Shown: one piece after another, positions 18,854 to 28,589 of the stretch
Layout: each line of letters starts with the position of its first letter
How positions within the stretch are numbered: position 1 is the first letter of the stretch
NCBI GenBank assembly: GCA_030602785.1
Contig: JAUVZB010000001.1
Location: 63,843 to 127,842, forward strand
Length of the DNA stretch: 64,000 bases
Direction: 5' to 3'
Source: Dehalococcoidia bacterium
GTDB taxonomy: Bacteria > Chloroflexota > Dehalococcoidia > GIF9 > AB-539-J10
Program-made: the position numbers and the translations under genes
The notes under the pieces: model-generated
The model's database searches: none
Told to the model about the DNA's origin: nothing
Seen by the model: only the letters and a program-made list of their open reading frames with translations

Positions 18854-20578
18854 CTAGGACTTACTCTTCACAGCGGCACGTATTTGGCTCTGCACATCCT
18901 CGATGCTGTGCAGTCCGAGGTCCTCTCCGCCCCGCAAACGCACGGACGCCCCCTCGGAGGCGATCTCTTTGTCGCCAATGACTAGCATGAAGGGTATCTT
19001 CGCCATCTGAGCATCGCGTATCTTCGACGTCATGCGCTCCGAACGTTCATCCACATCGGCGCGTATCCCGGAATCCCTCAGCGTTTCCTCAATCTTGACT
19101 GCGAACTCCACATGTCGATCTGCGATGGGAATGACTCTCGCCTGCACCGGACTGAGCCAGACCGGGAACGCCCCGCCGTAGTGCTCTACCAGACATGCAA
19201 AAAACCGCTCCATACTTCCCAGAACGGTCCTGTGAATCATGGTAACGAGGTGCTCGCCACCGTCTTCACCAATATAACAGACATTGAAGCGCTGCGGCAA
19301 ATTGAAGTCGACCTGGATTGTCGGGCCCTGCCACCAGCGGCCCATAGCATCCGAGAGCTTGATGTCGATTTTCGGACCGTAGAACGCGCCCCCACCCGGA
19401 TCGGTCTCGTAAGATATGCCGAGAGACTCAAGGGCAGCTGCAAGCGCCGCAGTTGCCTGCTCCCAAACCTCCAGGGAGCCGGCGTACTTGTCAGGTCGGG
19501 TCGACAGCACCATCTGGTACTCGCTGAAGCCGAACGTAGCCAGCATGAACCGGGCCAACTCGATGACGTCGATGACTTCCGGCTGTATCTGCTCCGGCGT
19601 GCAGAAGATGTGGGCGTCATCCTGAGTGAAACCGCGCACGCGCGGCAACCCGTACAACACGCCTCCTCGCTCATAGCGGTAGACAGTACCCAGTTCAGCG
19701 AGTCTTAACGGCAGCTCCCGATAGCTCCGGAGCCGACTCTTGAATATCATGATGTGACCGAGGCAATTCATAGGCCTCAAGAGGTACTGCTGTCCATCCA
19801 CGTCCATCGGGGAGTACAGGTTCTCCCTGTAGAACTCCCAGTGCCCGCTCTTCTTCCACTGCTCAAGCTTGCCGATGTGGGGGGTATACACGATTCCGTA
19901 GCCGCGCTTGTGGTGTTCCGCTTTCCAGAAATCCTCGACCAGTTGTCGAACGAGGCCACCGTTCGGATGCCAACACACGAGTCCGGGACCTATCTCCTCA
20001 TGTATGCTGAACAGGTCCAACTCACGGCCCAGCTTGCGATGGTCTCGCTTGGCCGCCTCCGCCTGCTTCTGCAGGTAGGCATCCAACTCCTCCTCTGTAT
20101 CGAAGGCAACGCCATAGATGCGTTGCAGCATCGGTCGTGATTCATCGCCCCGCCAGTACGCGCCGGCAGTCCTGGTGAGCTTGAAGGCGCCGAGTTGCCC
20201 GCTTGAAGCCACATGCGGCCCGCGGCAGAGGTCAGTGAAGGAACCCTGCGTGTACAGTGTCACCTGGTCTTCGTCGAGGTCCTCGAGGAGTTCGAGTTTA
20301 TAAGGCTGGTTGGCGAAGAGAACCCTCGCCTCATCCTTGGACACATCCCTCCTGGCGAAGGGAACATCGCGTGCCACAATCTTTCGCATGACGTCCTCGA
20401 TGATGGGAAGGTCGTCAGGGGTCAGAGGACGCGGCAGGTCGAAATCGTAATAGAAACCATCTTCTATCGATGGCCCTATGCCGAACTTGGCGTCAGGGAA
20501 CAGCGCCAGCACGGCCTCAGCCATGGCATGCGCCGCCGAGTGCCTGGCGGTCTGTATCCTGTCGTCGTTATTGCTCAT
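18854..20578 (-). CDS. thrS: threonyl-tRNA synthetase (short form lacking the N-terminal TGS domain)
   Basis: From the ATG at 20578: MSNNDDRIQTARHSAAHAMAEAV. The HxxxH editing-domain motif begins at about residue 13, followed by the class II core and anticodon domain. Confidence 0.85.
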   Translation of the reverse strand: MSNNDDRIQTARHSAAHAMAEAVLALFPDAKFGIGPSIEDGFYYDFDLPRPLTPDDLPIIEDVMRKIVARDVPFARRDVSKDEARVLFANQPYKLELLEDLDEDQVTLYTQGSFTDLCRGPHVASSGQLGAFKLTRTAGAYWRGDESRPMLQRIYGVAFDTEEELDAYLQKQAEAAKRDHRKLGRELDLFSIHEEIGPGLVCWHPNGGLVRQLVEDFWKAEHHKRGYGIVYTPHIGKLEQWKKSGHWEFYRENLYSPMDVDGQQYLLRPMNCLGHIMIFKSRLRSYRELPLRLAELGTVYRYERGGVLYGLPRVRGFTQDDAHIFCTPEQIQPEVIDVIELARFMLATFGFSEYQMVLSTRPDKYAGSLEVWEQATAALAAALESLGISYETDPGGGAFYGPKIDIKLSDAMGRWWQGPTIQVDFNLPQRFNVCYIGEDGGEHLVTMIHRTVLGSMERFFACLVEHYGGAFPVWLSPVQARVIPIADRHVEFAVKIEETLRDSGIRADVDERSERMTSKIRDAQMAKIPFMLVIGDKEIASEGASVRLRGGEDLGLHSIEDVQSQIRAAVKSKS

Positions 20579-20702
20579 GCTCAATGAGTCGCAAACCTTG
20601 TGCCTATCGCCCACCGGCCTGGCCCAACAACCAACCGTTCTCGCCCGGGGATACCGACGCTGACACCACGACCCCACCGAGGCGAAGCGGGAGAAAGGAA
20701 AC

Positions 20703-20775
20703 TGGGCAGTACTGGACTTGAACCAGTGACCTCTGCGATGTCAACGCAGCGCTCTAACCACTGAGCTAACCGCCC
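20703..20775 (-). tRNA. tRNA-Val (anticodon GAC)
   Basis: Reverse complement is GGGCGGTTAGCTCAGTGGTTAGAGCGCTGCGTTGACATCGCAGAGGTCACTGGTTCAAGTCCAGTACTGCCCA. All four stems pair, with anticodon loop TTGACAT. Confidence 0.9.
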
Positions 20776-20900
20776 TTGGTCGCGATTTTAGCAGAAGGCC
20801 GTAGCTACGTCAATCGTTGCGGACTCTGGATTCGTTCGTGGGCAGCCGCGCCGGCGTGGCGTGCTACCATAGGCCCGTCCCCTCGTGCGGGTTCAAGCTG

Positions 20901-21323
20901 ATGAGCAGGCAACCGTTTGAGATGGTCGCCCACACCGCGGACATCGGTGTCCGTATTCACGGCGGCGACATGGAGGAACTGCTTGTCAACGCGGCGCATG
21001 CCCTGTATTCCATCCTGTTACGCGCCACCAACCTGACGGAGCGAGTTGAGCGTGTCGTCACGGTAGACTCGCCCGATGAGGAGGCTCTGCTGGTCGACTG
21101 GCTCAACGAACTCATCTACCTGTTCGACGCCGAGCGGCTTGCCTTCTCGAGATTTCAAGTTGAGCAACTCACTGAGTGCCGTCTTCAGGCACGCTGCTTC
21201 GGTGAGCGCATTGGCAGCGCCCGGCACGAGGTGCTGCGTGAAGTCAAAGCCGCGACGTATCACATGGCACACATTCACCACGCGGCTGACGGTTACACGG
21301 CTCAAGTGATACTGGACGTATAG
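20901..21323 (+). CDS. archease (RtcB activator)
   Basis: 140 aa from the ATG at 20901: MSRQPFEMVAHTADIGVRIHG..., typical of the archease family. Immediately upstream of rtcB. Confidence 0.8.
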   Translation: MSRQPFEMVAHTADIGVRIHGGDMEELLVNAAHALYSILLRATNLTERVERVVTVDSPDEEALLVDWLNELIYLFDAERLAFSRFQVEQLTECRLQARCFGERIGSARHEVLREVKAATYHMAHIHHAADGYTAQVILDV

Positions 21324-21332
21324 GGGCGCACT

Positions 21333-22778
21333 ATGGCGGAACTCCGGAGACTGGATGAGCATCGGTGGGAAATACCGACGAGTTACAAACCTGGCATGCG
21401 TGTTCCCGGTCTCGTCTACGCAAGCGACTCGATGATCGAAAGCATCGAACGTGACCAGGCGCTTGAGCAGGTTGCCAACGTCGCATTCCTGCCGGGAATA
21501 GTGGGGCAGTCGATGGCGATGCCTGACATTCACTGGGGCTATGGCTTTCCTATCGGCGGAGTCGCGGCGACGACCGTCAAGGGAGGAGTAATCTCCCCCG
21601 GCGGTGTTGGCTACGACATCAACTGCGGAGTGAGGCTGCTGCGTAGCGACCTGACCGTTGCGGACGTTCTGCCCCGACTGTCACAGCTCCTGGAAAGGCT
21701 CTTCCACAACGTTCCCTCGGGAGTCGGCTCAAGGGGCAGAATGAAGCCTTCACAGCGGGATATCTCGCGCATCCTGGTTGAAGGCGCAGCCTGGGCAGTG
21801 AAACAGGGCTTTGGCAGCCGGGACGACCTTGCCGCGACCGAGGACGGTGGATGCATCTCCGGAGCCGATCCTTCAGCTGTGAGCGAACGCGCGCTGACGC
21901 GCGGCCTGCCGCAGGTTGGAAGTCTGGGTTCCGGTAATCACTTCCTTGAGATACAGGTTGTCCGCGATATCTTCGAGCCGGAGACCGCCTCCGCGATGGG
22001 CATAGAAAGGGAAGGACAGGTCCTCGTACTCATTCACACGGGCTCGCGCGGCTTTGGCCACCAGGTGTGCACTGACCATCTCCGGGTCATGGAGCGGGCG
22101 GTATCCCGCTATGGCATAGTCCTGCCTGACCGGCAACTGGCCTGTGCGCCAATCACATCGACTGAAGGCCGGCAATACCTGGCCGCCATGCGCTGTGCAG
22201 CAAACTATGCGTGGTGCAATAGACAGTGCATTGCACACTGGGTAAGAGAGTCATTCGCGGAGGTATTCGGCATCTCACAGGAGAGGCTCGCGCTGCGCCA
22301 GGTGTACGACGTTGCGCACAACATCGCGAAGATAGAGAGGCATTCGGTCGAGGGAAGAGAGACGGAGGTCTGCGTCCATCGGAAGGGGGCAACCCGGGCC
22401 TTTCCCGCAGGGCATCCCGCGCTGAGTGAGCGATACCGGACAGTCGGGCACCCGGTCCTGATTCCGGGCGACATGGGGCGGTCCTCATACATTGCGGTCG
22501 GGACAGAACTCGCCATGCGAGGCACGTTTGGCTCTACCTGCCACGGCGCGGGACGGCTCATGAGCCGCAGCGCCGCTCGCAGGGCTATCCGGGGACAGGA
22601 CGTGGCTGACGCCCTGCGACGCCGGTCCATCTCAGTCCGCACTGCCGATGTGGCGGCACTGGCGGAAGAGGCCTCTCAAGCCTACAAAGACATCTCGGAC
22701 GTCATGGATGTGGTCCAGGGAGCGGGGATCTGCAGGCGGGTGGCTCGAGCCGAGCCCCTGGGCGTTATCAAGGGCTGA
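21333..22778 (+). CDS. rtcB: RNA-splicing ligase RtcB
   Basis: 481 aa with the metal/GTP motifs MPDIHWGYGFPIGG, GYDINCG and HNHAG-like regions. Confidence 0.9.
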   Translation: MAELRRLDEHRWEIPTSYKPGMRVPGLVYASDSMIESIERDQALEQVANVAFLPGIVGQSMAMPDIHWGYGFPIGGVAATTVKGGVISPGGVGYDINCGVRLLRSDLTVADVLPRLSQLLERLFHNVPSGVGSRGRMKPSQRDISRILVEGAAWAVKQGFGSRDDLAATEDGGCISGADPSAVSERALTRGLPQVGSLGSGNHFLEIQVVRDIFEPETASAMGIEREGQVLVLIHTGSRGFGHQVCTDHLRVMERAVSRYGIVLPDRQLACAPITSTEGRQYLAAMRCAANYAWCNRQCIAHWVRESFAEVFGISQERLALRQVYDVAHNIAKIERHSVEGRETEVCVHRKGATRAFPAGHPALSERYRTVGHPVLIPGDMGRSSYIAVGTELAMRGTFGSTCHGAGRLMSRSAARRAIRGQDVADALRRRSISVRTADVAALAEEASQAYKDISDVMDVVQGAGICRRVARAEPLGVIKG

Positions 22779-22966
22779 CGAAGCCGCCTTCTCGAGGGGG
22801 CACGTGGTGTTTGAGGGGAGAGTCGCCCGGATGGCCCTGGCGGGTGGCCCGCTCCGACTCCATGCCGGCAACCCAACTGCGGACGCTGGCGGTGCTCAAG
22901 AAACAAGTTGCCGCTGCCCGCCCCACCGGCACCTCGCGAGACGAGCCCTGCGCCCGGGATGCGTTC

Positions 22967-24004
22967 CTAGCTCAGGATGTCTGTCAGAGACACGTTAGTT
23001 CTCACCAGCTGCGTCAACATGTCCATCTTTCCGACGTCATCCTTGACAAGCAATGGGTCGATGCTTTCGATCTGCGACGCCGTGTGGTACGTGTCGAACG
23101 GTACCAGCAGCAGAGGGATGTTCCTGTCGGACGCCTTCGAGATGATGTTCGCCGACGGCAGGACGTTGTTGGTCAGGATGATACCCGCCGAGTTGCTCTC
23201 GACAGCCGCGAGTACGAGATCGCTCCTGTCGCCTCCGGTGATGACCAGTTTGCCCTCTTTCTTGAAGAGAGGGTTCTGGAGGGCGGCATTGGTGGACATC
23301 GCTCCAACCATGATTGCGTTGACCTTGTGATTGAGGCCCTCCTCACCGGCGATAACCTTGGCCAGCAAGCGCTCTGCGAGGTGCCCGACCGATAGTTTCG
23401 TGAGTTCGGCCTCAAAGGGCACAACGCCGAGGACCTTCACACCAAGAGCGGTGATGTCTGCCAGATGAGTGCTCTTGTATTCTTCAAGGTTGCGGACCTT
23501 GTTGATAATGACGCCTGCGAAATCGACGCCCTTGATGTCAACGTAGCGCATTGCGAAAGCCAGCTGGTCAAGTATCATGCTCTCGCTGCCACCGACCACC
23601 AGCACCAGGCGCGCACTCAGCTGAGCCGCCAGAGCCATCGAGTCGAGGTTGATCGAGGCGCCATAGGAGAGTGTCTCGCCTCCCTCGACGAAGACTGTTT
23701 CCTTGCCTTCTGCCGCGGCCGCCAGCATCTCGCCCAGCTTGACCTTCATGCTCTGAGCATCGTACATGTACTTCAACTTCGCGTGCTCGAAGCCCAGGGT
23801 CATGTCCTCGGGCTTCCCTTCCAACTCGAAGACGTTGGTCATCAAGGCCGCATCGTAGTCCCAGAGCCTCTTCTTGCGGTAGAGCAGCCGGTCGCCAAGC
23901 GGCTTCATATACCCGGACGGCTTGCCAACCGCTCTTGCCATGCCGACTATCAAGCTGGTCTTGCCGGCGCTCTTGTGCGTTGAGCCCACAACTATGGTCT
24001 TCAT
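22967..24004 (-). CDS. standalone phosphotransacetylase-N-terminal-like regulatory domain protein (BioD/CobQ-like P-loop plus DRTGG domain)
   Basis: 345 aa. N-terminal VGSTHKSAGKTS P-loop. ITGGDRSDLVLAA matches the DRTGG motif of the E. coli Pta N-terminal domain. There is no acetyltransferase catalytic domain. Confidence 0.6.
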   Translation of the reverse strand: MKTIVVGSTHKSAGKTSLIVGMARAVGKPSGYMKPLGDRLLYRKKRLWDYDAALMTNVFELEGKPEDMTLGFEHAKLKYMYDAQSMKVKLGEMLAAAAEGKETVFVEGGETLSYGASINLDSMALAAQLSARLVLVVGGSESMILDQLAFAMRYVDIKGVDFAGVIINKVRNLEEYKSTHLADITALGVKVLGVVPFEAELTKLSVGHLAERLLAKVIAGEEGLNHKVNAIMVGAMSTNAALQNPLFKKEGKLVITGGDRSDLVLAAVESNSAGIILTNNVLPSANIISKASDRNIPLLLVPFDTYHTASQIESIDPLLVKDDVGKMDMLTQLVRTNVSLTDILS

Positions 24005-24008
24005 CAGG

Positions 24009-26132
24009 CTACGCCTCCATAGATTCTCTCAGCAGGATTCTCACATCAACTGCCTTGACACCCTCTCCATGGTCATACACAACCAGGGGGTTGACCTCAA
24101 TATCCGAGATTGCAGCGCAGTTCCTGAGCACCGACCCTACCTTGATAATGGAACTGGCCACCTGGTCGATATCCTTCCGCGCCTCACCCCGAACGCCAAG
24201 AAGCAGAGGATATGAGTTAATCTGACCAATCATATTCAGCGTTTCCTCACGGCTCAGAGGAAACGCCCGGAAGGCTATGTCCTTCAACACCTCGACGTAG
24301 ATACCACCGAGGCCGAACATCACGGTGGGTCCGAAGGAGCCGTCCTGGCGGGCGCCTACTATGACTTCTACTCCCGGACGAACCATCTCGTCCACCTGTA
24401 TGCCTTCGATAGCCGCGTCTGCCTTGTACGCCCGGCAGTTGCGCAGGATAGCCTCGTATGCGTCTAGCACCTCTCTCTCGTTCTCGAGGTCCAGCGCAAC
24501 TCCGCCTGCGTCGCTCTTGTGCAGTATGTCGCTGGATACCACCTTCATAACCACGGGATATCCGATCTCCCCGGCATATCTGACCGCCTCACTGGTGTTG
24601 TGGGCTATCCGACTTTGCGGGGTCACGATGCCTGCAATGCGCATCACCTCTTGCGCCTCATGGGCAAGCAGGAAGTGCCTGGCATCCGCTCTTGCCCTGG
24701 CCACAATCCTGTCGATTGCGATAGCGTCGATATCTGCCTTCTCGTCGCCGGCAAACTGGGTGCTCTTGTTACGGTAGTCCGTATACAGAGCACCCAGGAA
24801 CGACGTCATCTCATAGACATCGGGGAAGACGGGGATGCTCTTCAACTTGAGTTCCCGAATGCTCTGCTCCACCTCCGCGCCACCAAAGAGCGAGAACACA
24901 ATTGGCTTCACCGACTTGTACTCGGCGTATCGGCTCTCGGCAATCGCGCCGAACCTATCGGCATCGAAATTGGCGGTCTGACAACCCAGGCAGGCAACAG
25001 CATCGATGCTGTCATTCGCGAGGGCTACACCGAGCGCCTTGTCGTAGTCATCCGGACTCGCGCTGCCCGTGATATCCACCGGGTTCTTGGCCGAGCCGAA
25101 TGATGGCATGACGCACTCGAACGATTTCTTCAACTCTGCCACATCATCTGACAAGTTGACGCCGTATTTCTCGCAGGCATCCGCGGTGAGAACGCCAATT
25201 CCACCTCCGTTGGTAATGACGACGACGTCCTCGCCGGTTGGTGTGGGTGCATCCGGGAGGAACTTGCACCAGTTCAGGGCCTCCTGGATGCTCTCGGCCC
25301 GAATCGCGCCACACTGCCGCATCACATCGTCGAAGACCTTGTCCTCGCCGGCAAGTGAGCCTGTGTGAGACGCGGCGGCCTGGGCGCCTCGCGTGGAGCG
25401 TCCGGACTTGATGACTACGACAGGTTTCTTTCGTGTCGTCTTCTTCAGAACCTCAACGAGCCTCTCCCCCGACTTCACGCCTTCGAGGTACATCAGCACG
25501 ACTCTTGAATCGTCCTGGCAGGTCAGGTACTCAAGCAGGTCGGTCTCATCCACGTCCGACTTGTTGCCAACCGATATCATGGCAGACAGGCCGATGCCTT
25601 CAACCTTGGTTTTGCCAATCATCGCGATGCCGATGGCGCCGCTCTGCGTGATGATTGCGACATTACCCCTTTTCACGTCACTCGGACCGAAAGTCGCGTT
25701 AAGCGAAGCAGACGCCGAGTACAATCCGAATACATTCGGGCCAACCACACGGACGCCGTGTTCACGTGCGTAGTTCGCTATCTTCCGTTCCTCCGCAGTG
25801 TTGCCAATCTCCGAGAACCCGGAAGTGATGATGATTGCGAACTTGACGCCCTTTCGGGCGCATTCCTCCACAGCGCTGAAAGTAATAGCGGCTGGGACCA
25901 CAAGCACGGCCACGTCAACCGGGCCGTCCAACTCCTCCATGTCCCCGTACACCTGGAGACCCAGCAGCTTGCCGCCCCGCGGGTTGACAGGGTAGATTCT
26001 TCCCCCGTAGCCACCCGCTACGATGTTCTCCACCACCCGGTAGCCAATCTTGCCTCTTGTCTGGGACGCCCCGATTATGGCAATGCCCCTTGGCTCGAAG
26101 AGGCACTTCATGTTGGCTTCGCTATCTTTCAC
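24009..26132 (-). CDS. ADP-forming acetyl-CoA synthetase (acetate--CoA ligase), fused alpha+beta
   Basis: 707 aa. CoA-binding N-terminus (IAIIGAS...GYRV), succinyl-CoA-synthetase-like ligase domain, C-terminal ATP-grasp. Confidence 0.85.
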   Translation of the reverse strand: MKDSEANMKCLFEPRGIAIIGASQTRGKIGYRVVENIVAGGYGGRIYPVNPRGGKLLGLQVYGDMEELDGPVDVAVLVVPAAITFSAVEECARKGVKFAIIITSGFSEIGNTAEERKIANYAREHGVRVVGPNVFGLYSASASLNATFGPSDVKRGNVAIITQSGAIGIAMIGKTKVEGIGLSAMISVGNKSDVDETDLLEYLTCQDDSRVVLMYLEGVKSGERLVEVLKKTTRKKPVVVIKSGRSTRGAQAAASHTGSLAGEDKVFDDVMRQCGAIRAESIQEALNWCKFLPDAPTPTGEDVVVITNGGGIGVLTADACEKYGVNLSDDVAELKKSFECVMPSFGSAKNPVDITGSASPDDYDKALGVALANDSIDAVACLGCQTANFDADRFGAIAESRYAEYKSVKPIVFSLFGGAEVEQSIRELKLKSIPVFPDVYEMTSFLGALYTDYRNKSTQFAGDEKADIDAIAIDRIVARARADARHFLLAHEAQEVMRIAGIVTPQSRIAHNTSEAVRYAGEIGYPVVMKVVSSDILHKSDAGGVALDLENEREVLDAYEAILRNCRAYKADAAIEGIQVDEMVRPGVEVIVGARQDGSFGPTVMFGLGGIYVEVLKDIAFRAFPLSREETLNMIGQINSYPLLLGVRGEARKDIDQVASSIIKVGSVLRNCAAISDIEVNPLVVYDHGEGVKAVDVRILLRESMEA

Positions 26133-28125
26133 GCGGTGGCACCTCTGTAAACAGCATGCTCATCTCGTAGACGCCCTCCGCAGCGCGCTTCTCGAGGTCA
26201 AACCCCATCGGCTCAAATAGGTGGAGCATAGGTTTGTTCTCTACGAGCACCTCGGCGGTGAAGCCCAACAGACCGTGTCGCTTGGCCAACAATGTGAGAT
26301 AAGAAAGGAGTTCTGTCCCGATACCCGTATTATGGTACTCGTCTTTGGCTACAACCGCAACCTCGGCGGTGTGCGTTGCTTCGTCGATCCCGTACAGCCC
26401 CACTCCAACGATTTCCTCGGTCTCACCGTGGCGAATCGAGGCAAGGATGACAATCTCCCTCGTGTAATCGATTACGACAAACTCCTGCAGGCGTTCATGG
26501 GGCATGTCCTTCCGAACGGACATGAAACGACGGAACATGCTCTGGTCGGAAAGGGCGTAGAAGAAGTCCTTGAGCAACGGCTCATCGGTTATTCGCACGG
26601 GCCTCAGCAGGAGCTCAAGCGAGTCCCGGGTGGTTCGGTGTGTTTCCAACTCCTCGGGGTATTCACCACGACGACCAGGGATGAAGGCCTGGTCCATGTA
26701 GATGAGAGTTCTCTTCTTCGCCTCCCGTATGAGCCACGGCCGGAACTTCGGATGCGCCAGTGCGATGAGCTCCATGGCGCGCTCCCGGATGTTCTTCCCG
26801 TGCAGGTAGGCGATGCCGTACTCCGTCACCACGTAGTACACGTCGCCCCTGTTGAGTGTGACCCCTGCCCCCTCACTGATGGACGGCACAATGCGGGACA
26901 CTTCTCCGTTGCACGCGGTGGAACGCAGCGCAAGGATTGTCTTGCCGTTGGGAGCCAGGAGTGCACCACGCATGAAGTCGTAGTGACCGCCGATGCCGCT
27001 GTAGAACCTGCCGCCAATCGACTCCGCCGTGGCCTGCCCCGTAAGGTCAATCTCCAGAGCGCTGTTGATCGCGACCATGTTCTCGTGTTGCGCGATGACA
27101 AGCGGGTTGTTGGTATAGTCTACGGTGCGGAATTCAACAGAAGGATTGTCGTCGAGGTAGTCGTAGGTTTCGGTCTTCCCCATGCAGAAGGTGGCAACCG
27201 TCTTGCCGCGGTCGATGTTCTTGCGGGAATTGTCGATGGCGCCCCGCTTCATCAGCTCGACGATGCCATCAGAGAGCAACTCCGTATGCACTCCAAGGTG
27301 TCGCCGGTCGATGAGTTTGCCGAGGACTGCGTTGGGAACGTTGCCGTAGCCGACCTGTATGGTATCGCCATCCTGAACGAGCCGGGCCACGTAGCGGCCG
27401 ATTGACTCGACGACTTCGCTGTCCTCCTCCCCGACTCCTCGACGATACTCAAGGATAGGCTCATTGTGCCCTATTATGTAATCTACATCGCCTATGTGAA
27501 TAAAGCTATCTCCGTGAATGCGTGGCATGTGCTGGTTCGCCTGGGCGATGACCACTGACGCTTGCTCGACTGCAGCCTTCACCATGTCCACGCTGACACC
27601 AAGGCTCATATAGCCGTGCCGATCCGGCATGGACACCTGAATGAGGGCCACATCGATCGGAATCACGCCGCGCCGAAACAGCCGTGGAATCTGCGACAGC
27701 GAAATCGGGGTGTAGTCTGCCACACCTCTGTTCACCGCGTCGCGAGTACTCTCGCCCAGAAAGAAGGAGTTGTGGCGGAAGTTGCGTTTGAATTTGTCGT
27801 CCGCATAGGGCGCAAGCCCGAGCGTCCAAAGGTGAATCACCTCGGCGTCGAAGAACCCCTTCGGGTGCGACGACACGTACTCAATCAACGCCTTCACGAG
27901 ATACTGCGGTTCGCCGCATCCTGACGCGATGAAGATGACATCACCCCTGTGGATACGAGCGAAAAGCCTGTTCTCCGACGCGAACTTCTGAGGATAGGCA
28001 GACTTCAGCTCTTCGAGAACTCCGTTCGCTTGATTCTCCATTGAATTGCCTTGCTGGACAGACACCACGCTCCGGTAGGGCAACTCGCCCCGACCGGTGA
28101 CTGGGTGGGGGCTGTCACACGCCAC
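26122..28125 (-). CDS. acetyl-CoA hydrolase/transferase-family CoA-transferase fused to a C-terminal GNAT acetyltransferase domain
   Basis: 667 aa. The first roughly 490 aa resemble the 4-hydroxybutyrate/acetate CoA-transferase family. The last roughly 170 aa (LQEFVVIDYTREIVILASI...GIGTELLSYL...) have a GNAT fold. The start may be the internal ATG at 28041. Confidence 0.7.
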   Translation of the reverse strand: MACDSPHPVTGRGELPYRSVVSVQQGNSMENQANGVLEELKSAYPQKFASENRLFARIHRGDVIFIASGCGEPQYLVKALIEYVSSHPKGFFDAEVIHLWTLGLAPYADDKFKRNFRHNSFFLGESTRDAVNRGVADYTPISLSQIPRLFRRGVIPIDVALIQVSMPDRHGYMSLGVSVDMVKAAVEQASVVIAQANQHMPRIHGDSFIHIGDVDYIIGHNEPILEYRRGVGEEDSEVVESIGRYVARLVQDGDTIQVGYGNVPNAVLGKLIDRRHLGVHTELLSDGIVELMKRGAIDNSRKNIDRGKTVATFCMGKTETYDYLDDNPSVEFRTVDYTNNPLVIAQHENMVAINSALEIDLTGQATAESIGGRFYSGIGGHYDFMRGALLAPNGKTILALRSTACNGEVSRIVPSISEGAGVTLNRGDVYYVVTEYGIAYLHGKNIRERAMELIALAHPKFRPWLIREAKKRTLIYMDQAFIPGRRGEYPEELETHRTTRDSLELLLRPVRITDEPLLKDFFYALSDQSMFRRFMSVRKDMPHERLQEFVVIDYTREIVILASIRHGETEEIVGVGLYGIDEATHTAEVAVVAKDEYHNTGIGTELLSYLTLLAKRHGLLGFTAEVLVENKPMLHLFEPMGFDLEKRAAEGVYEMSMLFTEVPPRER

Positions 28126-28133
28126 AGCTGGTG

Positions 28134-28559
28134 CTAGTCCCGAATCTTCGGTAGTTCAAGTACCACGAGTGTGATTATCGTCACCACGAGCGCCAGGAGA
28201 TAGAGGCCGGACCCTGCGGCAATACCGATACCCGCAGTCACCCAGATGGAGGCCGCAGTCGTCAGCCCCGCAACATCCCCACCACGGGCTCCCCGAAAGA
28301 TGACGCCCGCCCCCAGGAAACCCACGCCCGTGACGATTCCTGCGGCGACGCGCGAGACATCCGCCCCCGCGAATCCGAAGAGAGACGCCGCGGTGAAAGC
28401 CGCCGCACCAACGGCTATCAGGACATGAGTCCTGAGGCCGGCCACCTTCCCTCTGGCCTCACGCTCATAGCCGACGGCGGAGGCGAGGACCGTCGCGACG
28501 ACAAGCCGCACAATCAAGTCGGGCCACATGGCCGCCGTGTCTGCGCTTCCTGGAATCAC
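28134..28559 (-). CDS. MgtC/SapB-family membrane protein
   Basis: 141 aa with 4 TM helices and the AVGYEREARGK motif. Confidence 0.7.
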   Translation of the reverse strand: MIPGSADTAAMWPDLIVRLVVATVLASAVGYEREARGKVAGLRTHVLIAVGAAAFTAASLFGFAGADVSRVAAGIVTGVGFLGAGVIFRGARGGDVAGLTTAASIWVTAGIGIAAGSGLYLLALVVTIITLVVLELPKIRD

Positions 28560-28589
28560 TCAATTCTCCCGATTTCGAATCCTGTCGCC

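Noticed and set aside
22648-23424. Plus-strand ORFs 22648-22998, 22811-23395, 22977-23330
   Set aside because: They are antisense to the DRTGG gene or lie in the rtcB downstream spacer, with no domain signal.
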